Source: an uncultured Pseudomonadota bacterium (GTDB lineage: Bacteria > Pseudomonadota > Alphaproteobacteria > Rs-D84). From it: a stretch of 64,000 nt of DNA. The position numbers and the translations under genes are program-made. Below are positions 1 through 10,203 of the stretch, one piece after another (the first letter of the stretch is position 1; each line of letters begins with the position of its first letter). The notes beneath the pieces are model-generated. The model saw only the letters and a list, made by a program, of their open reading frames with translations. It did no database searches and had not been told where the DNA came from. The stretch spans positions 7,432 to 71,431 of the forward strand of contig CASEZC010000010.1 of NCBI GenBank assembly GCA_949292385.1. The letters run 5' to 3'.

Positions 1-1106
1 TAAACAGCCCGCCTGACTTTGCTCCATAATTAGATATAATCTTACCACGAACAGGCCAAGAAAATTTAGACGATGACCTAGCACTTATTTGAGGCAACTT
101 CTTAGTAGGATCAGAAGATATTTTCTGTTTTGGCTTAGCCGCAACGGTTTTATTTGCTTGTGTTGTATTCGTTTTTGTTTGAGTCTGATTTTTTGATGCT
201 GTTGATACGGTCGATGATTCCATAGAAGTTGAAGCAGCTCCTGCAACTTTTTTATCACCTGCCACACTAACCGTTTTTACTGGCGCATCACTTAAGTTAG
301 GAACTTTTATTTTTTGACCAACGGACAATACAAATGGCGCAGATAAATCATTCATAACGGCCAAGTCATTTACCGGAACAGAATATTTTCTTGATAAAGA
401 ATACAAAGTATCCCCTGCTCCAACGGTAATTTCTTTCAACTGAACCCTTGTTTTCGTTTGTTCAGGAACTTTCGTATATAACTTTTTTTCTGGAACTGTT
501 ATCGTTTGAACAACCGTTGTTTCTTTTTCTGATTTTATTTTCAGTTTTTGTCCAACAGATAACGCATACGGTTCTGACAATCCGTTTATTTTTGCGATAT
601 CTTCAACTGTCATATTATGTTCTTTTGCCAAAGAATATAATGTATCACCGGGCTTAACGATTATTTCTGATTCTGTAACAACAGTCTTTGTTCCTCCATA
701 CATAGGAACCTGTAAATATTCTTCACCCACATAATCTTCAGCAATATCAGTTTGCGCAATTATAGGTTCACCAGAATCAACACTGGTATCAGCGTAAGGT
801 TCATCTCCATACAAAACAGAGTTTTCATATTGTGGCGGAACAATATAGTCATCAACACTTGCATATTCAACATAATCCGAGCTTTCTACAGAACCATAAA
901 GATTTGGTGAAGCATACACCCCATAGTCAATTGCGGCAGAATTATAAATTTCTGGTTGCGTTTCCGGATCTGCCAACAAAGCAGGATAACGTGCAGATAT
1001 AAATTCACCGACAGAATCAGGCAAAGACACAATCTTAGGTTGCAAATCACATGCGACCAACATCAGCATAAATATACCTGCGAAATAACAACTAAATTTT
1101 TTCACA
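1..1106 (-). CDS. LysM-domain / M23 peptidase lipoprotein (NlpD-like). The 3' end runs off the window start.
   Basis: Minus-strand frame translates from GTG/ATG near 1106 as MKKFSCYFAGIFMLMLVAC (signal peptide plus LVAC lipobox). Two LysM-like repeats follow (GDTLYSLAKEH..., GDTLYSLSRKY...), then an M23 motif (FSWPVRGKIISNYG) at the window edge with no stop before position 1. Absent from the ORF track because it is incomplete. Confidence 0.7.
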
Positions 1107-1160
1107 CGAAAATTATACCATAAAAAACGATATAAATAAACTATCGAGGCATTGAAAAAA

Positions 1161-1868
1161 TCAATCTTTTTTCATAAATAAAATGCTTAACTCAAATAAC
1201 AGCCACATAGGCACAGCCAATAATATTTGCGAAACGACATCAGGTGGCGTTAAGACTGCAGCAACAACTACTATTAAAACGATTGCATAGCGTCTCATTT
1301 TAATTGCGCTATCTTTCGGCAAAATTCCAATTCTATTCAACAAAACCAAAATCAACGGCAACTGGAAAGCCAGACCAAAAACTTTTAATAAACCTATTGC
1401 AAAGCTTAAGTAATCCTTCGCAACGGGTAAAAGCACAGCCGGCACAGGTGCGTTTTGATTAAGCTCTATAAAAAAATTAAAAACAAACGGCAACAAGATA
1501 TAAAAAGCAAACCCTGCCCCCAATAAGAACAAAACAGGCGAACATATTAATATCGGCCATATAAAATTCTTTTCGTTTTTATGCAATCCTGGTGCGATAT
1601 ACGCCCACAACTGCCACAAAGCAAATGGCGTGGTTACGAATAAAGAAAAAAGAATAGATAAAGAAAACCGAATCATCAATCCATCTGTTAGACCACTATA
1701 AAGGAAACTTCCATCCTGCCAGATATTTAATAAAGGTTCTGTTAAAAAAGATTGCAACACAGGAGATATGTACCAGCCCAAGCAAACAGCACAAACGAAA
1801 ACAAACAACACCCACAGAATTCTGCGTCTAAGTTCTACAAAATGCTGTCCCAGTGTCATTTTTCTCAT
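1161..1868 (-). CDS. tatC: Twin-arginine translocase subunit TatC
   Basis: 235 aa, multi-pass membrane protein with a TatC-like N-terminus (HFVELRRRILWVLFVF...). Confidence 0.9.
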   Translation of the reverse strand: MRKMTLGQHFVELRRRILWVLFVFVCAVCLGWYISPVLQSFLTEPLLNIWQDGSFLYSGLTDGLMIRFSLSILFSLFVTTPFALWQLWAYIAPGLHKNEKNFIWPILICSPVLFLLGAGFAFYILLPFVFNFFIELNQNAPVPAVLLPVAKDYLSFAIGLLKVFGLAFQLPLILVLLNRIGILPKDSAIKMRRYAIVLIVVVAAVLTPPDVVSQILLAVPMWLLFELSILFMKKD

Positions 1869-2188
1869 TTTTTATTTTTCTTATTTTTACCCAGTTTTTT
1901 ACTGTTTGAATTTTTCTTTTTGTTTTCTTTTTTTATTTTTTTCAGTGGCGTAGAAAAGTCTGCCAACACATCGTCTGTTGTTGTTCTTATTAAATCATCA
2001 ATAGGTTTTTCTAAATCTATCTGTTGCTTTATATTTTCCGAAGCGTCAGAAATTTTCCATATAATCTTACGGACAAAATTTATTACCTGCGCCAAAAATC
2101 TTGCGACATCTGGCCACATTCTTGCCGGAATTACAACAACCCCGACCAACAATATCACTAAAAATTCTGCCCAACTTATTCCAAACAT
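1865..2188 (-). CDS. tatB: Tat translocase TatA/B-family protein, likely TatB. Start taken at the internal MFGISW.
   Basis: MFGISWAEFLVILLVGVVVIP (TatA/B N-terminal TM plus amphipathic helix), Lys-rich tail, immediately upstream of and overlapping tatC. Confidence 0.65.
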   Translation of the reverse strand: MFGISWAEFLVILLVGVVVIPARMWPDVARFLAQVINFVRKIIWKISDASENIKQQIDLEKPIDDLIRTTTDDVLADFSTPLKKIKKENKKKNSNSKKLGKNKKNKK

Positions 2189-2189
2189 A

Positions 2190-2804
2190 TTAATCGTAGA
2201 ATGAATCCCCGCCACTTGTGCTTACGGTTTTGTGTCTTTGAATTTGGAAGAAATCTTTTCCAAAATTTGTTTTAGTTTTTAAATCATTAAATGCTACATC
2301 CGTCGTTGCACCTGTTGCATCAACAACCGTCCAAGAATTCAGCTTTACAGGTTTCTTATCAAAAACCACCGTCATATTTCCTAAACCTTCTTGACCACGC
2401 AAATTCATTTTTAACGCAAATGTACTTTTACCATTCTGCGTTTCATATACGTTTATATCAGCATTTTTTAAATCTATATTCTTTCTTATCAAAATTCCAG
2501 CCGGAGTACTTGTCAATGGAACAGTTGTAATCTGATCCAAAGAACTATCAAAGAAATACAAATCCTTTCCGTCAGAAATCAACTGTATCGGCATATTATC
2601 ATAATCTAATCTAACTCTTCCTGGGCGCAGCATTGAAAAAACACCTTGTTCACTTTTTCCATTTGCAGTTTGCACGAACCCACCAGTTAATCCGGTAATA
2701 GAGTTTAAATATTTTTCAGCAGAATTAACCAAAGTTTCATCAACAGCTGCATAAGCAAAGCTGTTAAATAACAAAGCAAAAAATGCTATAAAAAACTTTT
2801 TCAT
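2190..2804 (-). CDS. lolA: Outer-membrane lipoprotein carrier protein LolA
   Basis: 204 aa with signal peptide; LolA-like core (GGFVQ...GVFSMLRPGRVRLDYD...QLISDGKDLYFFD). Confidence 0.8.
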   Translation of the reverse strand: MKKFFIAFFALLFNSFAYAAVDETLVNSAEKYLNSITGLTGGFVQTANGKSEQGVFSMLRPGRVRLDYDNMPIQLISDGKDLYFFDSSLDQITTVPLTSTPAGILIRKNIDLKNADINVYETQNGKSTFALKMNLRGQEGLGNMTVVFDKKPVKLNSWTVVDATGATTDVAFNDLKTKTNFGKDFFQIQRHKTVSTSGGDSFYD

Positions 2805-3754
2805 TTCTCCCCCTTAAATAACTCTAAAACTTTTTCACGTACGTTTTCTAATTTATCATAAACGACCGCCCCAGCAGCACATGGATGACCACCGCCCCCC
2901 AGCGCAGCAGCAATATGTTCTATTGGTTTTAATTTACTGCGTAATGATACACCAGTCTTATTTTCCTGCTGTCTTTTCAACAGTACTATATACTCCACAC
3001 CCTTTATTTGTCCCAGCAGATTTAAAATGATATCACCACGTCCATCCAAGTTTTTATAATCATTTTCATCAACAACAGCCAAAGCCAATCTATCATGATA
3101 GAAAAATTCCGTTTTAGCCGTAACCGCCGCCTCTGTCATAACAGTTTTTTTAGGCTTATTATTAAGTGAATTAGATATATTTTCTATATTCACCCCCATA
3201 TCGACCAGCGTGGCCATGATTCTTAAAACTTTACCACTACGCGCATATTTAAAATTACCAGTATCCGTAAGAATTGATACAGTCAATAAATCAAGCACAT
3301 CAGAATCTGTTTTCCACTTTAACTTATTTATAAATCTGTAAATAATTTCACCAACAGAAGACGCCTTTTCATCATTCAAGCATAAATCAGCAACAGTCTT
3401 TTCATTTTTATGATGATCAACCTCTACAACGAAATCAGACCTTTCCAATATATGTTTAAAACCACCGATATTATTTTCTGCCCCATAATCCAATAAAATT
3501 GCCAAATCAAATTTCTTGTTTAAATCTACACGTTGGAAATAAGTCATTTCTTTTCTATGCGGAACATTATCTAAAAAATCCGGTATATTACCATCGTATA
3601 CACAAATTGCCTTTTTATTAAAATTTAACTCTATCAAACGGGCAAGCGCCAGCACAGACGCCAAAGAATCACCATCTGGATTTTTATGTCCAGCAACAGC
3701 AATAGACTTTGCTTTTTTTATTTTTTCTATAAAAACATTCAATTTATCATTCAT
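2801..3754 (-). CDS. DHH/DHHA1 phosphoesterase (NrnA-like oligoribonuclease / pAp phosphatase)
   Basis: AVAGHKNPDGDSLAS and DHH motifs, C-terminal GGGH (DHHA1). Confidence 0.75.
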   Translation of the reverse strand: MNDKLNVFIEKIKKAKSIAVAGHKNPDGDSLASVLALARLIELNFNKKAICVYDGNIPDFLDNVPHRKEMTYFQRVDLNKKFDLAILLDYGAENNIGGFKHILERSDFVVEVDHHKNEKTVADLCLNDEKASSVGEIIYRFINKLKWKTDSDVLDLLTVSILTDTGNFKYARSGKVLRIMATLVDMGVNIENISNSLNNKPKKTVMTEAAVTAKTEFFYHDRLALAVVDENDYKNLDGRGDIILNLLGQIKGVEYIVLLKRQQENKTGVSLRSKLKPIEHIAAALGGGGHPCAAGAVVYDKLENVREKVLELFKGEK

Positions 3755-3765
3755 AATAAAGCCGT

Positions 3766-5529
3766 TTATATTGCAATATCTTCCAAGAAGAACTGTGCGC
3801 TTACGCGTCCGTTATATTCGTTTTCTTTTAATTTACCCAACATCATTATTTTAGTGTTTACATTGGCATCGTCCAGCAAAAAATCCCCCACTGGTGTGCC
3901 AACCAAGTTAAATCCTACGAAGGATAATTGATTTCCATTACTTGTTGTAACCACACCACGCAAATGATTTCCCTTTCCCATTACACTTGCATATTTTAAA
4001 ACCCCACCATATAAAACAAGCGTCGGTTCTGGATTCCCCTGCCCGAACGGTTCCAACGCAGACATTTTGTTAACAAGTTTCATATCTGCACTGCCGGCAT
4101 CTATTTCAGCATCAACCAAAACCTCTTGATGAGGCATTTCACCATTCAGCTGAGCTTTCACAGCCTGTTCTAAAAACGCACAAAAATCTTTTTCTTTTTC
4201 TGCCGGCAAAGAAAATCCTGCAGCCGCGGCATGCCCGCCACCTTCTGTAATAACGCCTGCAGCCAAAGCGTCATGAATTATCTTACCTAAATCAACACCA
4301 GGTATAGATCTTCCAGACCCATTAATAACACCATCACTTCTTGTTGCAACACATGATGGTAAATTATATTTATCTTTCAATCTTCCGGCTATAATTCCCA
4401 TTACGCCGCCATGCCAATTATCACCACAAACGAACAAACTGCAATGCCCACTGTCACAACACTTTTGAGCCAAATCAACGGCATTTATCATAATTGCATT
4501 CTGAATATCAATTCTTTCTTGATTCATCGTATGCAAACGTTGCGCTAAATCATTTGCAATCAAAGGATTATCTGTCAGTAATAAATCTAATGCTGGTGCC
4601 GCAGAATCAAGCCTGCCAGCCGCATTCAAACGAGGTCCCAACGCAAACCCCGCTGCATATACAGAAGGTTTCTTAATTCCAGCCACCTGCATTAATACAC
4701 GCAAGCCCAAATTATTACGCAACCCTAAAACCTTAAGTCCCGTTGCAACGAAAGCCCTGTTCAATCCAATCAAAGGCATAGTATCGCATATAGTCCCCAG
4801 CGCAACCAAATCTAAGAAGTTCATCAGGTTTGTATTTTCCAAACGCTCTTGCAAATCAGGATTTAAGTCACGATTTTTTAATTCTCTTCTTAACCCGACC
4901 AAAGTCAAAAAAGCAACACCAACACCTGCCATATAATTTAATTCAGAAGTATCATCGGCTCTCTTTGGATTTATAACCGCATCAGCATCAGGCAAAATAT
5001 TGTCAGGAGAATGATGATCTGTAACAACAACCTTTATTCCCAAAGCCCTTGCATGCTCAACTTCTTTTATACCGCTTATACCACAATCAACAGTGATTAA
5101 AAGTTTTGCACCAGATGCCGCTATTTCGTCTATTGCTGATACATTTAAACCATAACCCTCACCTTCACGGGTTGGCAAATGCCATATAACATCGACACCC
5201 AAAGCTTTTAAATATTTAACAAATACAGCAGTTGCGGTAATTCCGTCTACATCATAATCACCATAAACAGCAATTTTCTGTCCTGCCAAAATAGCATCAG
5301 CTATTATCGAAACGGCTTTATCTAAATCAGTTAAAACAGATGGATCAGGCATATAATCTTTTATACTTGGATTCAAAAACTTCTCTGCCATCGCCTTATC
5401 TGATATTCCGCGACTTGCGAGAATTCTTTCTAAAAAATTATCTGTCTGGCATAAACTATCTTCTTCACCTGTATACGTCGCCACCGTCCATGTTTTACCC
5501 AACATGGACTTATCTACAATATTTCTCAC
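3766..5529 (-). CDS. recJ: Single-stranded-DNA-specific exonuclease RecJ
   Basis: 587 aa; DHH (VVVTDHHSP) and DHHA1 (GGGHAAAAG) motifs, RecJ length and architecture. Confidence 0.9.
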   Translation of the reverse strand: MRNIVDKSMLGKTWTVATYTGEEDSLCQTDNFLERILASRGISDKAMAEKFLNPSIKDYMPDPSVLTDLDKAVSIIADAILAGQKIAVYGDYDVDGITATAVFVKYLKALGVDVIWHLPTREGEGYGLNVSAIDEIAASGAKLLITVDCGISGIKEVEHARALGIKVVVTDHHSPDNILPDADAVINPKRADDTSELNYMAGVGVAFLTLVGLRRELKNRDLNPDLQERLENTNLMNFLDLVALGTICDTMPLIGLNRAFVATGLKVLGLRNNLGLRVLMQVAGIKKPSVYAAGFALGPRLNAAGRLDSAAPALDLLLTDNPLIANDLAQRLHTMNQERIDIQNAIMINAVDLAQKCCDSGHCSLFVCGDNWHGGVMGIIAGRLKDKYNLPSCVATRSDGVINGSGRSIPGVDLGKIIHDALAAGVITEGGGHAAAAGFSLPAEKEKDFCAFLEQAVKAQLNGEMPHQEVLVDAEIDAGSADMKLVNKMSALEPFGQGNPEPTLVLYGGVLKYASVMGKGNHLRGVVTTSNGNQLSFVGFNLVGTPVGDFLLDDANVNTKIMMLGKLKENEYNGRVSAQFFLEDIAI

Positions 5530-5571
5530 GCTTTACTCTTTTTTATTATCGTAGATAATTATAATCGAAAA

Positions 5572-7197
5572 TCATTCAAATAGCAACGGCAGTATACTAT
5601 CAAGAATTTTTCCCGCAGTAGGAACGGCATTCCATGCAGCTGTTCTAAGACCAAAAGACTCTTTCGTTCCCTTTGGTTCATCTAAAATAACAAGTATTGT
5701 ATACTGTGGTGCGGCAACTGGGAAGATACCCGCAAACGCCGTTAAATTTTTTCTGTGGTCAACTCGTCCATTTACATATTTCTCTGCAGTTGCAGTTTTT
5801 CCACCGATTTGTATACCTGCGATTCGAGCCTTTTTACCGCTGGTTTCTTCAGCAATTCTTAACATAACACCACGCAAACGTTCTGAAATCTCATCTGACA
5901 GAACACGTTCACCGCGTACAACGCCGACGTTACGTTTTTGTATTGTAGGATATATATATATTCCGCCATTAGTCATAGAATTCACTGCCAATAACAGATG
6001 CATAGGAGTAACAGATATACCATGTCCGAAAGATACAGTAGCTCTCTCAACAGGTCCCCATTTAATCGGCATAAGTGGCTTTTCTGTTTTACCAAAATCT
6101 AATTTTAACGATTCGTCTAAATGTATTCTGTGAAAGAACTCTTGCTGCGTACCATCAGGTAAATCTAATGCAATCTGTGCACTTCCAGCATTACATGAAT
6201 GCAACATAATTTCTTCAACAGTAAGATTAGGACGCGGTGGTTTAAAGCTGCTAACGTCACCTATTCTTGCAGCAGTTCTTCCAAACTTGTCAGGTATTTT
6301 AAAAGCTTCAGCTATATAATATTCTTTATTTATACCATTTTCCATAGCCATGGCAGTATTAAATACTTTAAATATAGACCCCATTTCAAACACACCGCGT
6401 AACGGCTTAAACAAACGATTCGACGCAGGATCCAGGCTTAGATTTTCTGGATCAAAATCTGGCAAAGAAACCATAGCAATCATTTCACCGGTTCTTGAAT
6501 TCATCAATAAACCCATGGCAGATTTTGCTTGGTATTTCTGCATAGCAAAAGATAACTGCTCATAAAACACAGACTGTATTCTTGCATCTAACGACAACTG
6601 CAACGGATCTCTGTTTTCTGTAAGATAATCATCATAAATACGCTCTACCCCTTCCAAACCGTGTCCATCATTTCCAACGAACCCGACAATATGAGAAAAT
6701 AATCTACGCTTTGGATATCTTCTTGTCTGCACAGGTTCAATTTCTAACCCCTGCAGTTTTGCTTTTGTAACAATTTCACGTTGTGCATCACTTGCATACT
6801 TCTTTATGTATATAAACTTTCTAGAAGAATTAACCAATTTCAACGCGTCATTCAAAGAATATTGATAAGGCAACGCTTGATGTATTACAGCCGCGACTTT
6901 ATCTCTGTCCTTTACATAAGGAGGTCTTAAAGTTATATGCCCAGACATAACATTTTTAGCCAAGATATCACCATTTCTATCAATAATATCCGCACGTTGC
7001 GCAGTCCAAGCACCATCTGCACCTGCCAACCTAGACCTGTCTGTTCCTTGTATACCCAACCACAAGGTTCTAACTATAAAAATAAGGAAAGCAATAACGA
7101 ACAAAGAATAAACAAAGCGCAATCTACGACGTGCAGAAACATCTGCAACTACGCCATTAAAACCATGTTTAAAAATATCCTTTCCTACTTCAAACAT
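5572..7197 (-). CDS. ftsI: Peptidoglycan D,D-transpeptidase, class B PBP (FtsI-like)
   Basis: N-terminal TM, PBP dimerisation and transpeptidase domains (SIFK, KTAT motifs). Sits directly downstream of an ftsL-like gene. Confidence 0.8.
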   Translation of the reverse strand: MFEVGKDIFKHGFNGVVADVSARRRLRFVYSLFVIAFLIFIVRTLWLGIQGTDRSRLAGADGAWTAQRADIIDRNGDILAKNVMSGHITLRPPYVKDRDKVAAVIHQALPYQYSLNDALKLVNSSRKFIYIKKYASDAQREIVTKAKLQGLEIEPVQTRRYPKRRLFSHIVGFVGNDGHGLEGVERIYDDYLTENRDPLQLSLDARIQSVFYEQLSFAMQKYQAKSAMGLLMNSRTGEMIAMVSLPDFDPENLSLDPASNRLFKPLRGVFEMGSIFKVFNTAMAMENGINKEYYIAEAFKIPDKFGRTAARIGDVSSFKPPRPNLTVEEIMLHSCNAGSAQIALDLPDGTQQEFFHRIHLDESLKLDFGKTEKPLMPIKWGPVERATVSFGHGISVTPMHLLLAVNSMTNGGIYIYPTIQKRNVGVVRGERVLSDEISERLRGVMLRIAEETSGKKARIAGIQIGGKTATAEKYVNGRVDHRKNLTAFAGIFPVAAPQYTILVILDEPKGTKESFGLRTAAWNAVPTAGKILDSILPLLFE

Positions 7198-7497
7198 TTA
7201 TTGTTTTTCTTCTTCTCTATCAGGCAAATCGTTTATGGACACAGATTTATGAAAGCTAATTACTTCTGATTTTGGTGCGACACTTACCACAAGATTTCTT
7301 AATATTTCGGGTCTTACATAAGAAGCAAAATTAGCCTGAGCAACCGCGATTTCTTGTTGAGTACGAACTATTTCTGAACGAATTCTATTTCTGGCGCGAT
7401 TTTGCGTTCTATAACAAACCTGTAAAACGGCCGCCAATACCGAGACCAAAACGCATGCCCATAAACCTATTTGAAACATTTTTTCGTCTTCGCTCAT
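7198..7497 (-). CDS. ftsL: Cell division protein FtsL-like (bitopic membrane protein)
   Basis: 99 aa, single TM plus coiled-coil region, immediately 5' of ftsI with abutting stop and start. Confidence 0.5.
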   Translation of the reverse strand: MSEDEKMFQIGLWACVLVSVLAAVLQVCYRTQNRARNRIRSEIVRTQQEIAVAQANFASYVRPEILRNLVVSVAPKSEVISFHKSVSINDLPDREEEKQ

Positions 7498-7534
7498 ATC
7501 CGCTCCACCTATAAGAAACTTTTACTAAAGTTTA

Positions 7535-7906
7535 TCATAAATTTTTCAAAAAACGAATCATAGAATTTACACCCCCAAGCCTTCCTGTTCCAAGGTTAAG
7601 TTTTAAAGACGCAAATTCTGAATCTAAGTCCATTTTTTTTATTTCATCAGCTGTTTTTCCATCAACCATTGCTGTTATTATGGCAACGATTCCACGAACC
7701 AAAGCCGAATCGGCACGCCCATAAAAATTATTACCACTTATGCAAATTTCAGCGTACGAAGAACAACCTAAAATTTCATGACAAACAGCAGCATCTGGAA
7801 CACTTGGTAAAAGCCTTCCAAAGTCCATAACCAATTCTAATTTATCAACGGGGTCAGACACAACATCCAATGCACTTTTCATTTCTGCATAGTTCATAAT
7901 TACCAC
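7535..7906 (-). CDS. sufE: Cysteine desulfuration protein SufE
   Basis: 123 aa; SufE-like with the conserved Cys region (AAVCHEILGCSS). Confidence 0.7.
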   Translation of the reverse strand: MVIMNYAEMKSALDVVSDPVDKLELVMDFGRLLPSVPDAAVCHEILGCSSYAEICISGNNFYGRADSALVRGIVAIITAMVDGKTADEIKKMDLDSEFASLKLNLGTGRLGGVNSMIRFLKNL

Positions 7907-8214
7907 CCCTGCTCTGTTAAATCCAAGTCCAACCTAGCTGCCTCAGACATCCTAGATAAATCCCAAGGGGGGTCCCAAACAAGTTCAACTTTCACAATTC
8001 TTCCATTAGCAATCATTTCTACATTAGAACGTACCTGTTCCAACAAATCCTCCATCATAGGACAAGTTGGGCTTGTAAAAGTCATTGATATTAAAATTTC
8101 TTTATCATTTATAGAAATATTATAAATCAGCCCCAAGTCCCATATATTAACTGGAATTTCAGGGTCATATATATTTTTTAAAACAGCGATAATATCTTCT
8201 TTATTTGGTTCCAT
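7900..8214 (-). CDS. sufT: Fe-S assembly protein SufT / DUF59 (MIP18 family)
   Basis: 104 aa; DUF59 signature (IYDPEIPVNIWDLGLIY...TSPTCPM). Confidence 0.65.
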   Translation of the reverse strand: MEPNKEDIIAVLKNIYDPEIPVNIWDLGLIYNISINDKEILISMTFTSPTCPMMEDLLEQVRSNVEMIANGRIVKVELVWDPPWDLSRMSEAARLDLDLTEQGW

Positions 8215-8215
8215 C

Positions 8216-9325
8216 TTATTTCACTATACTTTCTATTATATCAGCAACAGCGACCATTTCATCCATAGTATTCCAAGAACCAACAGATATTCTGATTGAC
8301 CCCTGCATTCCCAGCAATTTATGAATCCAAGTAGCACACATATTACCAACACGCAAACAAACCCCTTTTGCACCAATCAATGCTCCAAAATCAATAACAT
8401 GCATATCTTTGACAATAAAAGTCAGCAAAGAAGAATCTCTTGGAGATATAATTTTTATTTTCGGATTTTTTGACAACCTATCATATAAATATTTTATTAA
8501 GTTCAAATCAGGTCTATTACTTTCTAAATAATCAATTGCGGACTCGATTCCAGAAATTTGAGTTAACGGCAAAGTTCCCGCTTCAAATTTATAAGGAGAA
8601 TCATTTAACAATAATTCCTTCTCTGGCAAAACTTTGCTTACCATTCCGCCACCAAGTTTATCCGGCATAAAATCATCGGAATTTTTAATGTACATTACCC
8701 CAAGGCCAGTATCTGTTCCTATTTTGTGTCCTGAAAAACATATAAAATCAGCACCCCAATCTGTCGCATCAATCTTCTGATGAACCACATACTGCGCCGC
8801 ATCAACAATGGTTATTGCCCCAGGATTTTTTTGCTTAGCAATTTTAATTATCTCTTTAACATCTTCTGGCATACCAATTACATTAGACATAGCAGTTATA
8901 ACAAATATATCCGCATAAGGTATCCTAGATAAATCAAAATTCATATTCTGATTTAAAGGCATCGTAATTAAATTTACGTCAGGAACATTATACCAAGGTA
9001 ATCTAGCACTATGGTGATCTAAATCAGAAACTGCAACAACAGTCCCATTTTTTATTTTCCCATTAATTCTTAATAAGTTAACAATTCTATTTAAACCATC
9101 AGTTGTACCAGAAGTAAAAATTATTTGTTCTGCTTTTTCTGCAGATATGAAATCGGCAACCCTTTTTCGTGCATTTTTTAAGATGCCATCAACATCGGCA
9201 GCCCTTGCACAAATGCCACGTCCAGCATTTGCATACTTGTTTTTCAAAAAATCTAATTGCGCGTTTATAACAGAATCTGGCTTTAAAGCACTCGCAGCTG
9301 CATCTAAGTATATGATTTTATTCAT
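8216..9325 (-). CDS. sufS: Cysteine desulfurase (SufS/CsdA class V aminotransferase). Start taken at MNKIIYLD.
   Basis: PLP lysine region (FSGHKIGTDTGLG) and class-V aminotransferase fold. The N-terminal 38 codons of the tracked ORF look like read-through of the upstream region. Confidence 0.75.
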   Translation of the reverse strand: MNKIIYLDAAASALKPDSVINAQLDFLKNKYANAGRGICARAADVDGILKNARKRVADFISAEKAEQIIFTSGTTDGLNRIVNLLRINGKIKNGTVVAVSDLDHHSARLPWYNVPDVNLITMPLNQNMNFDLSRIPYADIFVITAMSNVIGMPEDVKEIIKIAKQKNPGAITIVDAAQYVVHQKIDATDWGADFICFSGHKIGTDTGLGVMYIKNSDDFMPDKLGGGMVSKVLPEKELLLNDSPYKFEAGTLPLTQISGIESAIDYLESNRPDLNLIKYLYDRLSKNPKIKIISPRDSSLLTFIVKDMHVIDFGALIGAKGVCLRVGNMCATWIHKLLGMQGSIRISVGSWNTMDEMVAVADIIESIVK

Positions 9326-9399
9326 TTTATGTTTTCTCTTGCATTTTGGTCTGATTATAATACACTCGTGTGAAATATCAATAAAAGAAGGAGAAAAAG

Positions 9400-9717
9400 A
9401 TGGCTTTAGAACATGCAAATGATGCAAACTTTGAATCATTCATTGGTACAGGCATAACATTGGTAGATTTCTGGGCATCTTGGTGCGGTCCATGCAGAAT
9501 GTTTGGCCCTATATTCGAGTCTGCCTCAGATAAACTTACTGACGTAAAATTTGTAAAATTCGAAATTGATGAAACAAATAGAAGAACTCCTGCAAAATAC
9601 GGCATTCGCAGCATTCCAAGTGTTTTAGCATTTCGTAACGGAGAATTAATCGAAGCTCGTACAGGGTTAATGGACGAAGAAACATTAACACAGTGGGTTA
9701 ATGAATTGAAGGGTTAA
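9400..9717 (+). CDS. trxA: Thioredoxin
   Basis: 105 aa with WCGPC active site; AGGAG Shine-Dalgarno upstream. Confidence 0.9.
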   Translation: MALEHANDANFESFIGTGITLVDFWASWCGPCRMFGPIFESASDKLTDVKFVKFEIDETNRRTPAKYGIRSIPSVLAFRNGELIEARTGLMDEETLTQWVNELKG

Positions 9718-9721
9718 AAAG

Positions 9722-10150
9722 ATGTCAGATAAAAATTATAAAAATATAGAATTACCACCAAAATACGTTCCAAAGAAATCAGAACCTTATATGTGTCCGG
9801 AACAGTTGGCATATTTTTATCAATTATTAAATGCACAAAAAGAAGAATTGACTCATGACAGCGATTCTGTTCTTAACGCTGTAAGACTGGCAGACAAAAC
9901 AGAAAGCGCTGGTGTTGGTGATGATTCAGACAACGCAGTATTTGAACAAGAAATCACTATGAATTTACGTATGTCCGAACGTGACAATAATTTATTAAAA
10001 AAGATAAATAGTGCGTTGGAAAGAATAGAAAATGGTACATATGGTTACAGTGTAGTATCTGGCGAAGAAATTGGTTTATCTCGTATGCTTGCCAGACCAC
10101 TTGCAACAATGACTGTTGAAGAACAAGAAGAATACGAAAAAAGAAAATAA
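9722..10150 (+). CDS. dksA: DksA/TraR-family RNA-polymerase-binding protein (cysteine-less variant)
   Basis: 142 aa; coiled-coil with acidic tip (DDSD), DksA-like C-terminus (GTYGYSVVSGEEIGLSRMLARPLATMTVEEQ) in which the four zinc-finger Cys are replaced. Confidence 0.55.
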   Translation: MSDKNYKNIELPPKYVPKKSEPYMCPEQLAYFYQLLNAQKEELTHDSDSVLNAVRLADKTESAGVGDDSDNAVFEQEITMNLRMSERDNNLLKKINSALERIENGTYGYSVVSGEEIGLSRMLARPLATMTVEEQEEYEKRK

Positions 10151-10162
10151 AATATGAAAAAT

Positions 10163-10190
10163 AAAAAACGCCTAAAAAGGCGTTTTTTTA
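10163..10190. terminator. Bidirectional rho-independent terminator between dksA (+) and tatA (-)
   Basis: aaaaaACGCCtaaaaaGGCGTttttttt: GC stem flanked by an A-run and a T-run. Confidence 0.8.
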
Positions 10191-10203
10191 TTTAACTGTT
10201 TTT

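Noticed and set aside
1752-2204. Plus-strand low-complexity ORFs (150 aa and 61 aa) overlapping tatC and tatB
   Set aside because: Phe/Leu/Lys-rich translations of an AT-rich antisense strand; fully overlapped by well-supported minus-strand genes.
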